A stretch of DNA of 64,000 nucleotides from a virus (taxonomy: Duplodnaviria; Caudoviricetes): positions 12,733-76,732 of the IMG/VR virus record IMGVR_UViG_2751185860_000001. One strand, given 5' to 3'. How positions within the stretch are numbered: the first letter of the stretch is position 1; every line of letters begins with the position of its first letter. Below the pieces are notes generated by a model, which was not told where the DNA came from, ran no database searches, and was given only the letters and a program-made list of their open reading frames with translations. Positions 10,108 through 20,191 of this stretch are shown piece after piece. The position numbers and the translations under genes are program-made.

Positions 10108-11840
10108 TGTCTAGATTTGATGAGTTAGATCCACCTTTGGGTCAAGAAAATGGCCGCAATAATAAAGGGTTTATGCATTTTTTTGCTCGTTCTGACCCGT
10201 TCCTTAAGCATATCAATAAACAAGACAGGCGTTATAATCGACAAAAGGCCACTCTTCAGGATCTTATTCGAGGCGTTTATGATGAACCTGAAGAAACGGG
10301 TAAAAAAGGGCTTAAAGATTTAATTGTATCTGTTACAGATTTAAAAAGTCAGATGCCTCCTTTATCAGATTACTCAATCAAAACAAACAATACACCCCAA
10401 CTCTATCAAGGCAATTCTTTAGAGAATGCTGTGTCGTTGGCGCCCCAATCTGAATTTGTTTCTCCTATTGATATGCCTTCACAAGATGAAGCAGAGCAAC
10501 AGCAAAAGGATGCAATGAATTATATTGCTGAGCTCAACAGAGGAGGACCTGCCCCAGAGCAATTGCAGGGTGATGCGCCTTTGAATGAAGAGGAGGCTTT
10601 GAGTGAGGAAGGGGCTTTACAAGCAAATGATAAGCCAGAGCAAGCTGTAAATGGTGAAGCAGAAGATTTTTTCCAAAGGTTAGTGGGGGGCAATGGAGAT
10701 ACACAGGCGCATGATAAATACAGTGCGAGCGGTTTATGGGATCGTTTTAAGAACTCGGAATTTTCAGAGCGTTTAATGGATTCTTTTGCTGGTCTTGCTT
10801 CGGGGCAAACACCTCAAGAGAGCTTTTCAAATGCAGCACTTAAATTGCGCCAGGGCAATAGTGAGCGGGCTCAACGTCAGCAAATTTTAAAAGTTTTACA
10901 ATCCAAAGGATATAGTGATCAAGAGGCGCAAGCAATTGCACAAAACCCTGATCTTGCTACGAAAATCATGAGCGATACGTTAAGCCCTACTGGCCTTCAG
11001 GAGGGGTATAGAATACTCACACCCGAAGAAAAGGAAGCGCACGGCTTGCCCGGTGATATGGCTTACCAAATATCAACACAGACGGGCAAGATTGAACCTC
11101 TCAAGGGAACACAAAGAACAGATGATCCTAACAATATGCTTTCAAGGCCTGAGCTTGGACATATGTATGTTAAAGATGAAAATGGCAACATACGTTCTGT
11201 ACTTATTCCAGGAAGTGATGCAGAGCGTAAAAGAATAGATGAAGAGAACAAGAAAAAAGTAGAATTTGCAAACAAATCTTTTAAAGCAGAACAGTTCATT
11301 GGAATGGTAGAAAAATTACAGGAAAAATTGGATAAAAATCATAGCATTGTTGGTTTTTTGGGTTATTGGGAATCGCTCATACCAGGAACACCTGCTTCTC
11401 AATTTAAGTCTATGCTTAATGTTATTAAAGCAAACATTGCAATTGATAGATTGATGCAAATGAAAGATCTTGCGCCAAATGGAGCATCAGGCTTTGGGAA
11501 CTTATCTAACGTTGAATTTATGGCACTGCAGAACTCTATAGCTGCTTTAGAACAAGACCTTTCACCTGAGCAGATGAAAGAATCTTTCCAAACGATTATT
11601 GATACTTACAAGAAAGCCAATAAAGCAACGCGGATACTTCTTTTTAGTGAAGGAGAAGTATCACCTGAACTTGTTCAAGAAGCATACGGAATTGAAGCTT
11701 ATAAAAATCAAGATAAGGCGCAACAGACGCAAGATGAGCAGCCACGTGTGACGGAATATACGCAATTTGATACGTTACCAGAAGGTTATGCATTCCTTGA
11801 TAGTGACAATCGCGTTAGAAGGAAACAAAGCAATGGCTGA
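10107..11840 (+). CDS. Ejection (internal virion) protein, putative
   Basis: 577 aa, helical and charged; position in podovirus ejection cluster. Confidence 0.55.
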   Translation: MSRFDELDPPLGQENGRNNKGFMHFFARSDPFLKHINKQDRRYNRQKATLQDLIRGVYDEPEETGKKGLKDLIVSVTDLKSQMPPLSDYSIKTNNTPQLYQGNSLENAVSLAPQSEFVSPIDMPSQDEAEQQQKDAMNYIAELNRGGPAPEQLQGDAPLNEEEALSEEGALQANDKPEQAVNGEAEDFFQRLVGGNGDTQAHDKYSASGLWDRFKNSEFSERLMDSFAGLASGQTPQESFSNAALKLRQGNSERAQRQQILKVLQSKGYSDQEAQAIAQNPDLATKIMSDTLSPTGLQEGYRILTPEEKEAHGLPGDMAYQISTQTGKIEPLKGTQRTDDPNNMLSRPELGHMYVKDENGNIRSVLIPGSDAERKRIDEENKKKVEFANKSFKAEQFIGMVEKLQEKLDKNHSIVGFLGYWESLIPGTPASQFKSMLNVIKANIAIDRLMQMKDLAPNGASGFGNLSNVEFMALQNSIAALEQDLSPEQMKESFQTIIDTYKKANKATRILLFSEGEVSPELVQEAYGIEAYKNQDKAQQTQDEQPRVTEYTQFDTLPEGYAFLDSDNRVRRKQSNG

Positions 11841-14424
11841 GTTAAGACAACCCATGACAAACGAAAAGCCTTTTGATAAGCGATTAGTTGATAAGCGATT
11901 GCTTGATACAAACTATAATAATGCTGAAGTTCTTGGTCATATAAGTGACTTTACTCCAGAACAACTCCGAGAGATTTTCTCAAAAAATAAGGAGTTGCTT
12001 GAGAAAGCAAAAAAAAATAAAATTTCATCTCCCCCTCCTTTTGATAAGCGATTAGTTGATAAACGATTGCTTGACACAGACTATAATAATTCTCCTGTTC
12101 TTGGTCATATAAGTGACTTTACCCCAGAACAGCTCCGAGAGATTTTCTCAAGGAATAAAGAATTACTTGCTAAAGCAAGACAAAATGGTTCTATCACAAA
12201 CAATAATAAACCAACGACACAAGAAGATAGTCCTAAAACGAGTACTATGGAGGCTTTGGGATGGGGGACAGTTCACGGAGCGACTTTGGGCTATGATGAT
12301 GAAATAGGAGCACTTTTTGGAAAAGAAACATATGACGACGGAGTGAAGAGACGGCGTGACTATCAAAAGTTGTTGGCTAAAGAGCATCCTTATGCTTATT
12401 TCGCCGGTAATTTAGCTGGTGGTGTGGCAGCCCTAGTTCCTGCAATAGTTGCAGGCCCTGTTGCAGCAGGTGGTGCTGCTGTTGCACGTGGTGCGCTTGC
12501 TGCTGGACGTGCTGCTCCTGCTATTGGACGAGGTATAGCTGGTGCTATACGTGGTGCTCCTGCTGCTATGCGCGCTATGCCTTCAGCTGTACGCGCTGTT
12601 CCCGCTGCTATGCGTGCTGCTCCTGCTGCTGTTGGACGTGGTGCACTTGCTACTGGACGTGCTATTCCCGGTGCTATACGTGCTACTCCTACAGCAGCAA
12701 AAGCTGTAGGTAAAGCTGTAATGAGTCCTGTAAATAAGGCAGCCACAAGAACTTCAGGTGCAGCTGCAGATTATGTAAGTAGAGCAGAGGCAAAAGCATT
12801 TCATTCTGCATTAGCGCAAGGAGCCACACGGGCAGAAGCAAAACTTGCAGGGGAAGCAGCTGCAAAGAAAGCCGTAGCAAAGTTTAATACAATACGCGCA
12901 GCAAAAATCGGTGGAATCTATGGAGCTATAGCAGGAAGTGGTGAAGGGGAAGGTTGGGGGAATACTATAGTAACTACTGGATTTGGTGGGGCATTTGGTG
13001 GTCTTACACCCTTTGCTCTATCAGCAGCAGCGCCTCTTGTCACAAAACCAGCTAGTGCAACGACTTCTTTTGTTAAAAAAACGCTTCCAAAATGGGTTCG
13101 TGGAAGTCAACCAGGTGAAGTTCAAATAAGCAACAAAGCGCTTAAAGAGATAAGTCGTGCTTTAGACAATGCAGGTATTCATGATCTTGACAAGGCTTTA
13201 AAGTGGAAAGGCTCTGATTCAATGATCATTGATTTAAGTGATCAGCTTGCTGCACGGGCTTTAAGAGAGGCAAAAAAAGACTATCCTACACATTCAATAA
13301 TGAGCAATCGTTTAGGAGCTAGGCAAGCTGAAAGTACTCAACGTGTAAGGGAAAGACTAAATGAAACACTCGGTAAGAAAGTTAATACACTTGATTTAAA
13401 GCAAGACATTATTAACACCGCAAAAAGAGAGGCTGAACCGCTCTATGAAAAGGCATTTACTGCACCCATTGCAGAGTCTGTTATGAAAGATTTACAGCTT
13501 TTAGAAGAAAGTCCTGCATTTAATGACGCACGTAAAAAAGCAATTGCGGGCTTGTTAAACGTGGGAGATGAAACAGTTATAGCAAATCGTAAAAATCCAG
13601 AAATGAGTATGCAGATTTTGCACAGAATAAAGGGGGACATAGATAATCAGATTAAATTAGCTCTCAGAGAAGATAATCAAACACATGCTGCAGATTTGAT
13701 GAATGTGAAGGAACGTCTTCTTCGTGTTTTAGATACGTCATCTCCACATTATACCCAAGCAAGAAAGTTTTACCATGATGAGCGCACTCTTGGCAGCGCC
13801 TTATCTCAAGGTGAAAAAGCGTTTGATAAGAATGTTACGCTTGATATGATCAAAAATCAGCTTTCAGGCTTGGAATCTAAAGAACTGGATGCGTTTAGAA
13901 AAGGTGCACGTTCACAGATAGAACATGCAGCAGCCAATGTACAAAGCCCTGAGAATAGTCTTTCCAATTTGTTTAATACGCAAAGTGGACAAGAGAAATT
14001 ACGGCTCATTTATGGTAAGGATAAAGCAAACCAAATGGTGAAAGCTTTACGGCCAGAGGTTGAGAGATCAGAGTTATTTGCTCGCCTTCCAAGGAACGAG
14101 GGTGAGCTCGGATCAAAGGCAGGAGAAGCACTTGATAATGTAAGTAAGTCTAGCCTTCGTACTACAATAATGAATTTTTTTACAGGGTCAGTCAAGCGTG
14201 GAGTGTCGTCAATCGATAGAAATGTCGAGAGAGATATTGCAGAACTCATAACAGCCCATGAACGTGGGGATGTTAGGTTATCGAGACAAAAATCTGTTGA
14301 GTTAATTAACAAGTTTCGTAAAGCAGAACAGAAGCGTTTAATCACACAAGAAGAATTTGTAAAGTTCATCAATTTGCTTAATGTTCTATCGACGGGCAGC
14401 TATATTAGAGGGCTTAAAAATTAA
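11833..14424 (+). CDS. Large ejection protein with internal repeats, putative
   Basis: ATG 11833 after GGAAAC; 56-aa tandem duplication; Ala/Gly/Arg-rich segment. Confidence 0.6.
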   Translation: MAELRQPMTNEKPFDKRLVDKRLLDTNYNNAEVLGHISDFTPEQLREIFSKNKELLEKAKKNKISSPPPFDKRLVDKRLLDTDYNNSPVLGHISDFTPEQLREIFSRNKELLAKARQNGSITNNNKPTTQEDSPKTSTMEALGWGTVHGATLGYDDEIGALFGKETYDDGVKRRRDYQKLLAKEHPYAYFAGNLAGGVAALVPAIVAGPVAAGGAAVARGALAAGRAAPAIGRGIAGAIRGAPAAMRAMPSAVRAVPAAMRAAPAAVGRGALATGRAIPGAIRATPTAAKAVGKAVMSPVNKAATRTSGAAADYVSRAEAKAFHSALAQGATRAEAKLAGEAAAKKAVAKFNTIRAAKIGGIYGAIAGSGEGEGWGNTIVTTGFGGAFGGLTPFALSAAAPLVTKPASATTSFVKKTLPKWVRGSQPGEVQISNKALKEISRALDNAGIHDLDKALKWKGSDSMIIDLSDQLAARALREAKKDYPTHSIMSNRLGARQAESTQRVRERLNETLGKKVNTLDLKQDIINTAKREAEPLYEKAFTAPIAESVMKDLQLLEESPAFNDARKKAIAGLLNVGDETVIANRKNPEMSMQILHRIKGDIDNQIKLALREDNQTHAADLMNVKERLLRVLDTSSPHYTQARKFYHDERTLGSALSQGEKAFDKNVTLDMIKNQLSGLESKELDAFRKGARSQIEHAAANVQSPENSLSNLFNTQSGQEKLRLIYGKDKANQMVKALRPEVERSELFARLPRNEGELGSKAGEALDNVSKSSLRTTIMNFFTGSVKRGVSSIDRNVERDIAELITAHERGDVRLSRQKSVELINKFRKAEQKRLITQEEFVKFINLLNVLSTGSYIRGLKN

Positions 14425-15293
14425 TGATTAATTTTCATCCTGATGTTCACAGTGCCATCTCCCAGGCGGCACAAAGGTATGATTTACCCGAAAGCTTTCT
14501 TAAACGCGTGGCGATGATAGAAAGTGGTGGTGATCCCAATGCAAGAAATAAGAACAGTAGTGCAGGTGGGCTTTATCAATTTTTAGATTCAACAGCACGC
14601 CAATATAAGTTGGATAACAAGTTTGATCCACTTCAATCGATTGATGCGATGGCACGGTTTACCAAAGACAATATCCGTTATTTGCAAACAGCTTTGGGAA
14701 GAGCACCTTCAGAAGCTGAACTTTATTTAGCACATCAACAAGGGCCAGCGGGGGCTGCAAGGCTTATTAAAAACCCAAATGCACCAGCAAGCCAGCTGTT
14801 AACCCCCCAGGCAATAGCCCTTAATGGTGGCCGCCCTGGTGCAACAGCAGGTGATTTTATGAATCATGTTTATCAGCTGTACAATAAAACAGCACAGCCT
14901 GAGCAAGGTTATAGGCAAGCGGTTCCACCACGTGGCATGCAAAGGCTTCAAAATGTAATGCAGGGTGATCAATTGGTTGCACAGAATATGGCAATGTATC
15001 CTCAAATGGTGCCTCCTGAAAATGTTGCACGTACTGATTTTCTAAAAAAAGGCGTGGATGGTTTAACGCAGTTAATCAAAGAGAATGCGCAAAATTATGA
15101 TCAACAGATACAGATGGCACAAAATCACATGATGCAGCAGCCTGTGTTTTCACAAGCAGGGGCACGCCCTGCAGATCTAACGCCTTTGATTGACCCGTCA
15201 CGACGTCAACCTGTTTCTTCTTTAAATGGTCGACAAAGAGGAGATCAATTGCGCAAAGAGTTCTTAACAAGGGCAGGAGTTTATAATGTCTGA
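14424..15293 (+). CDS. Virion-associated lytic transglycosylase (SLT-like)
   Basis: IESGGDPNARN...AGGLYQF motif with catalytic Glu. Confidence 0.85.
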   Translation: MINFHPDVHSAISQAAQRYDLPESFLKRVAMIESGGDPNARNKNSSAGGLYQFLDSTARQYKLDNKFDPLQSIDAMARFTKDNIRYLQTALGRAPSEAELYLAHQQGPAGAARLIKNPNAPASQLLTPQAIALNGGRPGATAGDFMNHVYQLYNKTAQPEQGYRQAVPPRGMQRLQNVMQGDQLVAQNMAMYPQMVPPENVARTDFLKKGVDGLTQLIKENAQNYDQQIQMAQNHMMQQPVFSQAGARPADLTPLIDPSRRQPVSSLNGRQRGDQLRKEFLTRAGVYNV

Positions 15294-16266
15294 TATTTAT
15301 GATTGGTCACTGACAGCGGATACAAACGCACACTCAGATGATATTATTAATTGGGCACAAGGTCAGCCGCCCAGTTCTGTTAATAATAGTGCACGTGCTA
15401 TGATGCAGCGTATACGAGAATATCTTGCAGATAATGGCGGGAGTATTGAAGCAAAGTTTGTCGTCAACAGTCAAGAAAAGACGACATCAATTACACTCAA
15501 TACAGTTTCTCCTATCACGGAATATAAGAATGATATCTTTATACGTTTTAAGGCAAGCGACACAAATGTTGGTGCGACAACAATAACCGTCAATCGTTTG
15601 AGTGAGAAGCCTGTTTATAAGATGACCGATGCAGGTGTTATGCCTTTAGAAGGTGGTGAACTGCAAAAAGATGGCATTTATGAACTGGTCTATAATAACA
15701 ACACACTAACAAGAAGTCTTGATGGTTGGTATTTATTAAACCCAACCCCAAAAACACCTCCTAAGATAGAAATTTTTCCAGCTGGGTTTATTGCGACATT
15801 TGCAATGAAAGAAGTGCCAGGTGGTTGGCTTTTGTGTGATGGTGCAAGCTATGAGCGCAAGAAATATCCTCGGTTGTTCAAGGCAATAGATATATATTGG
15901 GGAGCAGATAGCGATACTACTTTTAGAGTACCCGATTTTAGGGGGATGTTTTTACGTGGTTTTGATAATGGGCGTGGTGTAGATCAGGGTAGAAAATTTG
16001 CTGAAAAGCAGCAAGATAGCTTGAAAACGCATACACATGGCTGCACCATTGAAATGTCAGGGGCGCATGTACACCAGTATCAGTATGAGGCGTTAAGAAG
16101 ACCTGGCAGTCCTATTGGTGGAAGAAACCCTGCCTTTTATAGCCAAAATATAAGAGCAAATACAGCCTCAGCAGGTGCACATACGCATAGTGCAACGATT
16201 TATTCAACAGGTGGAGCAGAAACACGCCCTATTAATACAACGGTTGTTTACGCCATAAAATCATAA
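15286..16266 (+). CDS. Tail fibre with phage tail-collar domain
   Basis: GWLLCDG...FRVPDFRGMFLRG.D.GRGVD collar signature. Confidence 0.9.
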   Translation: MSDIYDWSLTADTNAHSDDIINWAQGQPPSSVNNSARAMMQRIREYLADNGGSIEAKFVVNSQEKTTSITLNTVSPITEYKNDIFIRFKASDTNVGATTITVNRLSEKPVYKMTDAGVMPLEGGELQKDGIYELVYNNNTLTRSLDGWYLLNPTPKTPPKIEIFPAGFIATFAMKEVPGGWLLCDGASYERKKYPRLFKAIDIYWGADSDTTFRVPDFRGMFLRGFDNGRGVDQGRKFAEKQQDSLKTHTHGCTIEMSGAHVHQYQYEALRRPGSPIGGRNPAFYSQNIRANTASAGAHTHSATIYSTGGAETRPINTTVVYAIKS

Positions 16267-16279
16267 AGGTTTTTTAAAG

Positions 16280-16540
16280 ATGATCAATAATCCCTCGGCA
16301 ATTGATGAGATTGCCGACACAGGGCAGATTCGTGTTCTTTTTTATGCAAGTCATAAATTAGTTCATGCGCCATTAAATAAGGTTCTTGATAAGGTCAAAG
16401 ACGATATTCAGCATGATCTTTTGAATGTTTTTACAGCTTACCAAAAAGAGACAGAGCAACGCATTGAGACTTTGCAAGAAGCCGTTGATGAATTGCGTTT
16501 GCAACTTGTCAATCTAACACATCCCGAAGATACAAATTAA
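16280..16540 (+). CDS. Hypothetical phage protein
   Basis: 86 aa ORF in operon. Confidence 0.6.
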   Translation: MINNPSAIDEIADTGQIRVLFYASHKLVHAPLNKVLDKVKDDIQHDLLNVFTAYQKETEQRIETLQEAVDELRLQLVNLTHPEDTN

Positions 16541-16553
16541 GGAATTCAAAGCG

Positions 16554-18850
16554 ATGCCTATTCCCTATCACACACACAAGTTTGAAATTGAGCCAGCGAC
16601 AAATAAGGAAGTCAAAGAAGGTATTTTAGACAATAAAGTTGTTGCACCCTCTTCATTGGGGAGTGCAGCGGCTTATTCTATGGGTTATTTTGCGACTGCT
16701 GCTCAAGGAAAGAAAGCTGATGAGGCCGTTGCAAAAAGAGATGTTGGGGCACTTGCTTATAAAGATACGGTTACAGTTAATGATATAAGCACAAGTGGGG
16801 ATCCTAGTGAGAATACAGTTCTATCGGGTACTGGCTGGATAAAGCTATCGCCTTTGGGAATTGGCGATATGAGTGCTGCTATTTATGATCCTTCTAATGT
16901 GATGTCAGATGCCTTTTCTATGGAGAATATGGTTGAAGGTGATACAAAGAAGATTTTGACTGCAGAAGAAAGAGTAAAGCTACAATGGATAAGTTCTGAG
17001 TGCCCTACAATAGAAAAATGGAAGAAGGCAGATGAGGATATCAATTATCCTATATCTCCTGCTGATCTTAAAGATACTATCACTCATTTTACATTATCAA
17101 AATCTCTTGCGATGTCAAAATCAGTTTATGATCCAGATAAAATAGCAAAGGATGTTTTTGCTATGGATCATATGAAAGAGGGGGAGAAACACCTTATCTT
17201 AACGCCTCAAGAACGTATCCAGATTACGAAGATTAATCAAATTGAAGAGGTTGCACAGCAAGCACAAACGACAGCTCAATGTGGGGTCAATGCAGCAGGT
17301 GAGGCTAAAGAGACTGCAGATAAAGCACAAGTGGCCGCAGAGAGTGCAAAAGAAACGGCGGCGGTTGCAAAAGAGGCGGCAGTAGCTGCACAAACGACAG
17401 CTAATAGTGCAAAGAAAGCCGCTGATACTGCACAAAGCACTGCCAATAAAGCACAAGAAACTGTAGATAAGGTGCAAAGCACTGCAGAGAGTGCAAAGGA
17501 AACGGCAGCAGATGCTTTAAGCACAGCAAAGGATGCGCAAAGCACTGCTGATAAAGCACAAGTGGCTGTAGAGAGTGCAAAAGAAGCAGCGACAAGTGCA
17601 AAAACAGTAGCTGATAAGGCGCAAGAAACTGCCGTGGATGCAAAAGAGACTGCAGACAAAGCACAAAAAGCAGTTGATCTCATTCACCCTCTTGAAAAGC
17701 AAGATTGGATTGATGGCATCAAAGCAGAAAATGCACTGATATCACCGGCTCATCTTGTTGCTTCTATCAAAGCAAATAGTGGCGGCAGTAGTGGGGGCAG
17801 CAGCAATAGTGTGGGTGTAGGTGTTAGCAAACCTGTTGAGATTTTCATGACGGAAAGTGGGGAAATTGCATGGCCAGAAGGGACAACTGGAGACACCGAG
17901 CTTGAAATATGGGCTTGGGGTGGTGGTAATGCTGGTGATGATAGTGGTCGTCATGGTGGTAATGGTGGGTGTTGTACTTATGTGAGAACAAGGAAAAAGT
18001 TTCTTGGCAACAGTAAAGTAACTATCGGCAAGGGTGGAAAAACAGCTGAGAATAGCGGTTTCGCTGGGGAAAAAACAAAAGTTGGTCAGTTTATTACAGC
18101 TTCTGGTGGTTCTATCGGATACGATCCTAGTGGTATTCATGGTGCCAGGGGCGATGATGGAGCTGATGCAGAGGATCAAAGTGGTATTGGGGGTGATGGC
18201 AAGAATGGTGAAGTTGGTAGGATAGGTGGATTTGGTGGTAATGGGGGAAAGGGGGCAAAAGCGGTAAAAATAGTACTGGAGGGCGTGGGGGCAGTGGTGG
18301 CAGAGGGGGCGATAATTTTTTAAAAAGTGCCGGTAATGGAGGTAAAGGCGGTGATGGTGGGCGTGGCGAGAATGGTGGTAAAGGCGGCGGAGGTGGCGAT
18401 GGTGGAAACAATATATATAACGGTGGCGGTGTTGGAGGTTGGGGTGGTAAAGGAGGAGATGTAGGTGCTGGTTTAGGTGGTGAAGGCGGTTGGGGTGGTA
18501 AAGGAGGCAATAGTATGTGGGGTGGTGGTGGCGGAGGTGGTATTGGAGGAGACGGTGGTGATAGTAACCAAGGAATTGGTGGTAAAGGCGGTTTAGGCGG
18601 ACGTGGTGGAGACAGTATTTATGGCGGTGCAGGTGGAGGGGCAGGGGGTGGCAAAGGTGGAAAAGGCGAGAAAAACGGTAATAATGGTACTAGTGGACTT
18701 GGGGGTCATAGCATGTGGGGTGGTCGTGGTGGACAGGGAAGTATTGGTTACTATGGTGGTGGCGGTGGATATTTTCCCGGAAAAGATGCGACATCTTCAT
18801 CAAGCGGTGCTGGGGGAGATGGTGCTGTATTAATTAAAGTGTATTTATAG
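16554..18850 (+). CDS. Gly-rich tail fibre/adhesin split by a -1 frameshift at about 18245-18255
   Basis: Frame 0 ends at 18323; the -1 frame opens at 18242 and runs Gly-rich to 18850, ending GAVLIKVYL like fibres at 43-45 kb. Confidence 0.8.
17270..17680 (+). repeat. Degenerate 42-bp (14-aa) tandem repeats encoding an Ala-rich coiled-coil stalk
   Basis: Repeated AKETADKAQxAxES units. Confidence 0.85.
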
Positions 18851-18865
18851 AAATGGAATGAAACA

Positions 18866-19531
18866 ATGGCACGAAGGATTAGTAAAGACTGTTTGAATTG
18901 TTTAAAAAAATGGGAAGGCTTGCGATTAAACGCTTATCAAGATGCATCTGGTGTTTGGACCATTGGATATGGTCATACCGGAAAAGCTGGTAAGCCATTT
19001 GTTGTTGAAGGTATGACGATTACCAAGCAAAAAGCTGAAACTATACTTTTAACTGATTTGCAAAAATATGAAGCAGCAGTAGAAAAAGAGGTTTGCGTTG
19101 ATTTAAATGATGAACAGTTTGGGGCTCTGGTTTCATTTTGTTATAATGTTGGTGTAAGTGCTTTTCAACGCTCTACCTTGCTTAAAAAGCTTAATAAAGG
19201 GGATTATGAAGCTGTACCGGCTGAATTACAAAAATGGACAATGGCAGATGGCAAACGTTTGAAAGGTTTAGTTCACCGGCGTGCTGCTGAAGCGGGGTTA
19301 TGGGCAACGAGTGCTTATGTTTCTTCTAATTATCAAGCTGTAGAAGCAAAAGAATCAACAAGTGCTTTTAAAGTAGAAATGTTAGCGCCTGTCATTGGGT
19401 CTTTCTCGGGGCTTGGAGGATTACTTGCTGGCAATGGTCCAGTTCAGTGGGCTTTTGCGGCAATTATGGTTTTAGCAGCTTGTGTTGGTATTACGTTTGT
19501 TGCTCAACGTTTTTGGGAGCAACGGCTGTGA
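18866..19531 (+). CDS. Lysozyme (GH24) endolysin with C-terminal hydrophobic segments
   Basis: EGLRLNAYQD...WTIGYGHT motif. Confidence 0.95.
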   Translation: MARRISKDCLNCLKKWEGLRLNAYQDASGVWTIGYGHTGKAGKPFVVEGMTITKQKAETILLTDLQKYEAAVEKEVCVDLNDEQFGALVSFCYNVGVSAFQRSTLLKKLNKGDYEAVPAELQKWTMADGKRLKGLVHRRAAEAGLWATSAYVSSNYQAVEAKESTSAFKVEMLAPVIGSFSGLGGLLAGNGPVQWAFAAIMVLAACVGITFVAQRFWEQRL

Positions 19532-19755
19532 TTTGGTGGGGAAAGAAATATTTACTGATGGTGGCGGCGACTTTAGCCGCTTTTTTTGTAACTTTAGCTA
19601 AGGTTTTTCGGTTTGGAAAGAAAGTTGAGCAACGCAAACGGACTGAGAAAACTTTAAAAATAGCTATAACACGGTTTGAAGTAGAAGATGAAGTTAACAA
19701 GAAAAGTGATGTGGATATACGCTCTGATCTGTCTGAGTGGGTGCGTAAAGAATGA
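19528..19755 (+). CDS. i-spanin (Rz-like), putative
   Basis: GTG start overlapping lysozyme stop; N-terminal TM then coiled coil; homologous to 53565-53780. Confidence 0.65.
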   Translation: MIWWGKKYLLMVAATLAAFFVTLAKVFRFGKKVEQRKRTEKTLKIAITRFEVEDEVNKKSDVDIRSDLSEWVRKE

Positions 19756-19900
19756 CTATGTTTCTTGCCTAGGATGGATGCCAATTTATTTGGATAGGCA
19801 AGACTACGATGGAATCAGTTCAAACTTAGCACGAGACATTTTAAAGCATAATGAGAACGGAAAACGTTCTTGTGGATGGAAGCCTATTAACACAAGTTAA
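19688..19900 (+). CDS. o-spanin (Rz1-like) lipoprotein, putative
   Basis: Lipobox LSGC; overlaps i-spanin in another frame. Confidence 0.7.
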   Translation: MKLTRKVMWIYALICLSGCVKNDYVSCLGWMPIYLDRQDYDGISSNLARDILKHNENGKRSCGWKPINTS

Positions 19901-20013
19901 AGGTGATTTATAAGGGTAAGTTGCAAAATCCTATTCCCTAACCTGATTATTTTATCCCTAACCTTAAATAAATATCAATAAAATCAATGGGTTATAGGGG
20001 TAAAAAAGGCATA

Positions 20014-20029
20014 TGGTGCCCCCAGAGGG
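20014..20029 (-). other. att core: tRNA-3'-end-like remnant
   Basis: Reverse complement CCCTCTGGGGGCACCA ends in CCA; flanked by repeats CCCTAACCT (19936, 19956) and AAGGTGGTC (20156, 20168); adjacent to integrase. Confidence 0.6.
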
Positions 20030-20191
20030 CGAATCAGTCCTTAGCAAGTAGAATCCAATCACATAAAAATGTGCAAAGACGTGTTGCTGTATATAGCTTT
20101 TTATGATTCAGTAAGAAAATTAATGATTAAATAAAAAATCTGATATCAAAAATTAAAGGTGGTCAAAAAGGTGGTCGAAAAGGAGGGGTAA

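Larger units (their letters stand above)
1..19990 (+). mobile_element. Prophage 1: podovirus-like morphogenesis and lysis region (left part outside window)
   Basis: Contiguous + strand operon terS-terL-portal-scaffold-capsid-adaptor-nozzle-ejection proteins-fibres-lysozyme-spanins; no sheath or tape measure; ends at att-like site. Confidence 0.9.

Noticed and set aside
12396-12880. Ala/Pro-rich minus-strand ORFs
   Set aside because: Shadows of the low-complexity block in the ejection protein
17270-17680. Regular repeats as a possible CRISPR array
   Set aside because: Degenerate, in-frame coding repeats without unique spacers; no cas genes
17199-17702. Several minus-strand ORFs with repeated motifs
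   Set aside because: Shadows of the Ala-rich 42-bp repeats
18127-18510. Proline-rich minus-strand ORF
   Set aside because: Antisense shadow of GGN glycine codons in the fibre's -1 frame
20014-20036. Intact tRNA gene
   Set aside because: Only about 16 nt of a 3' end; no anticodon or D arm; isotype not assignable
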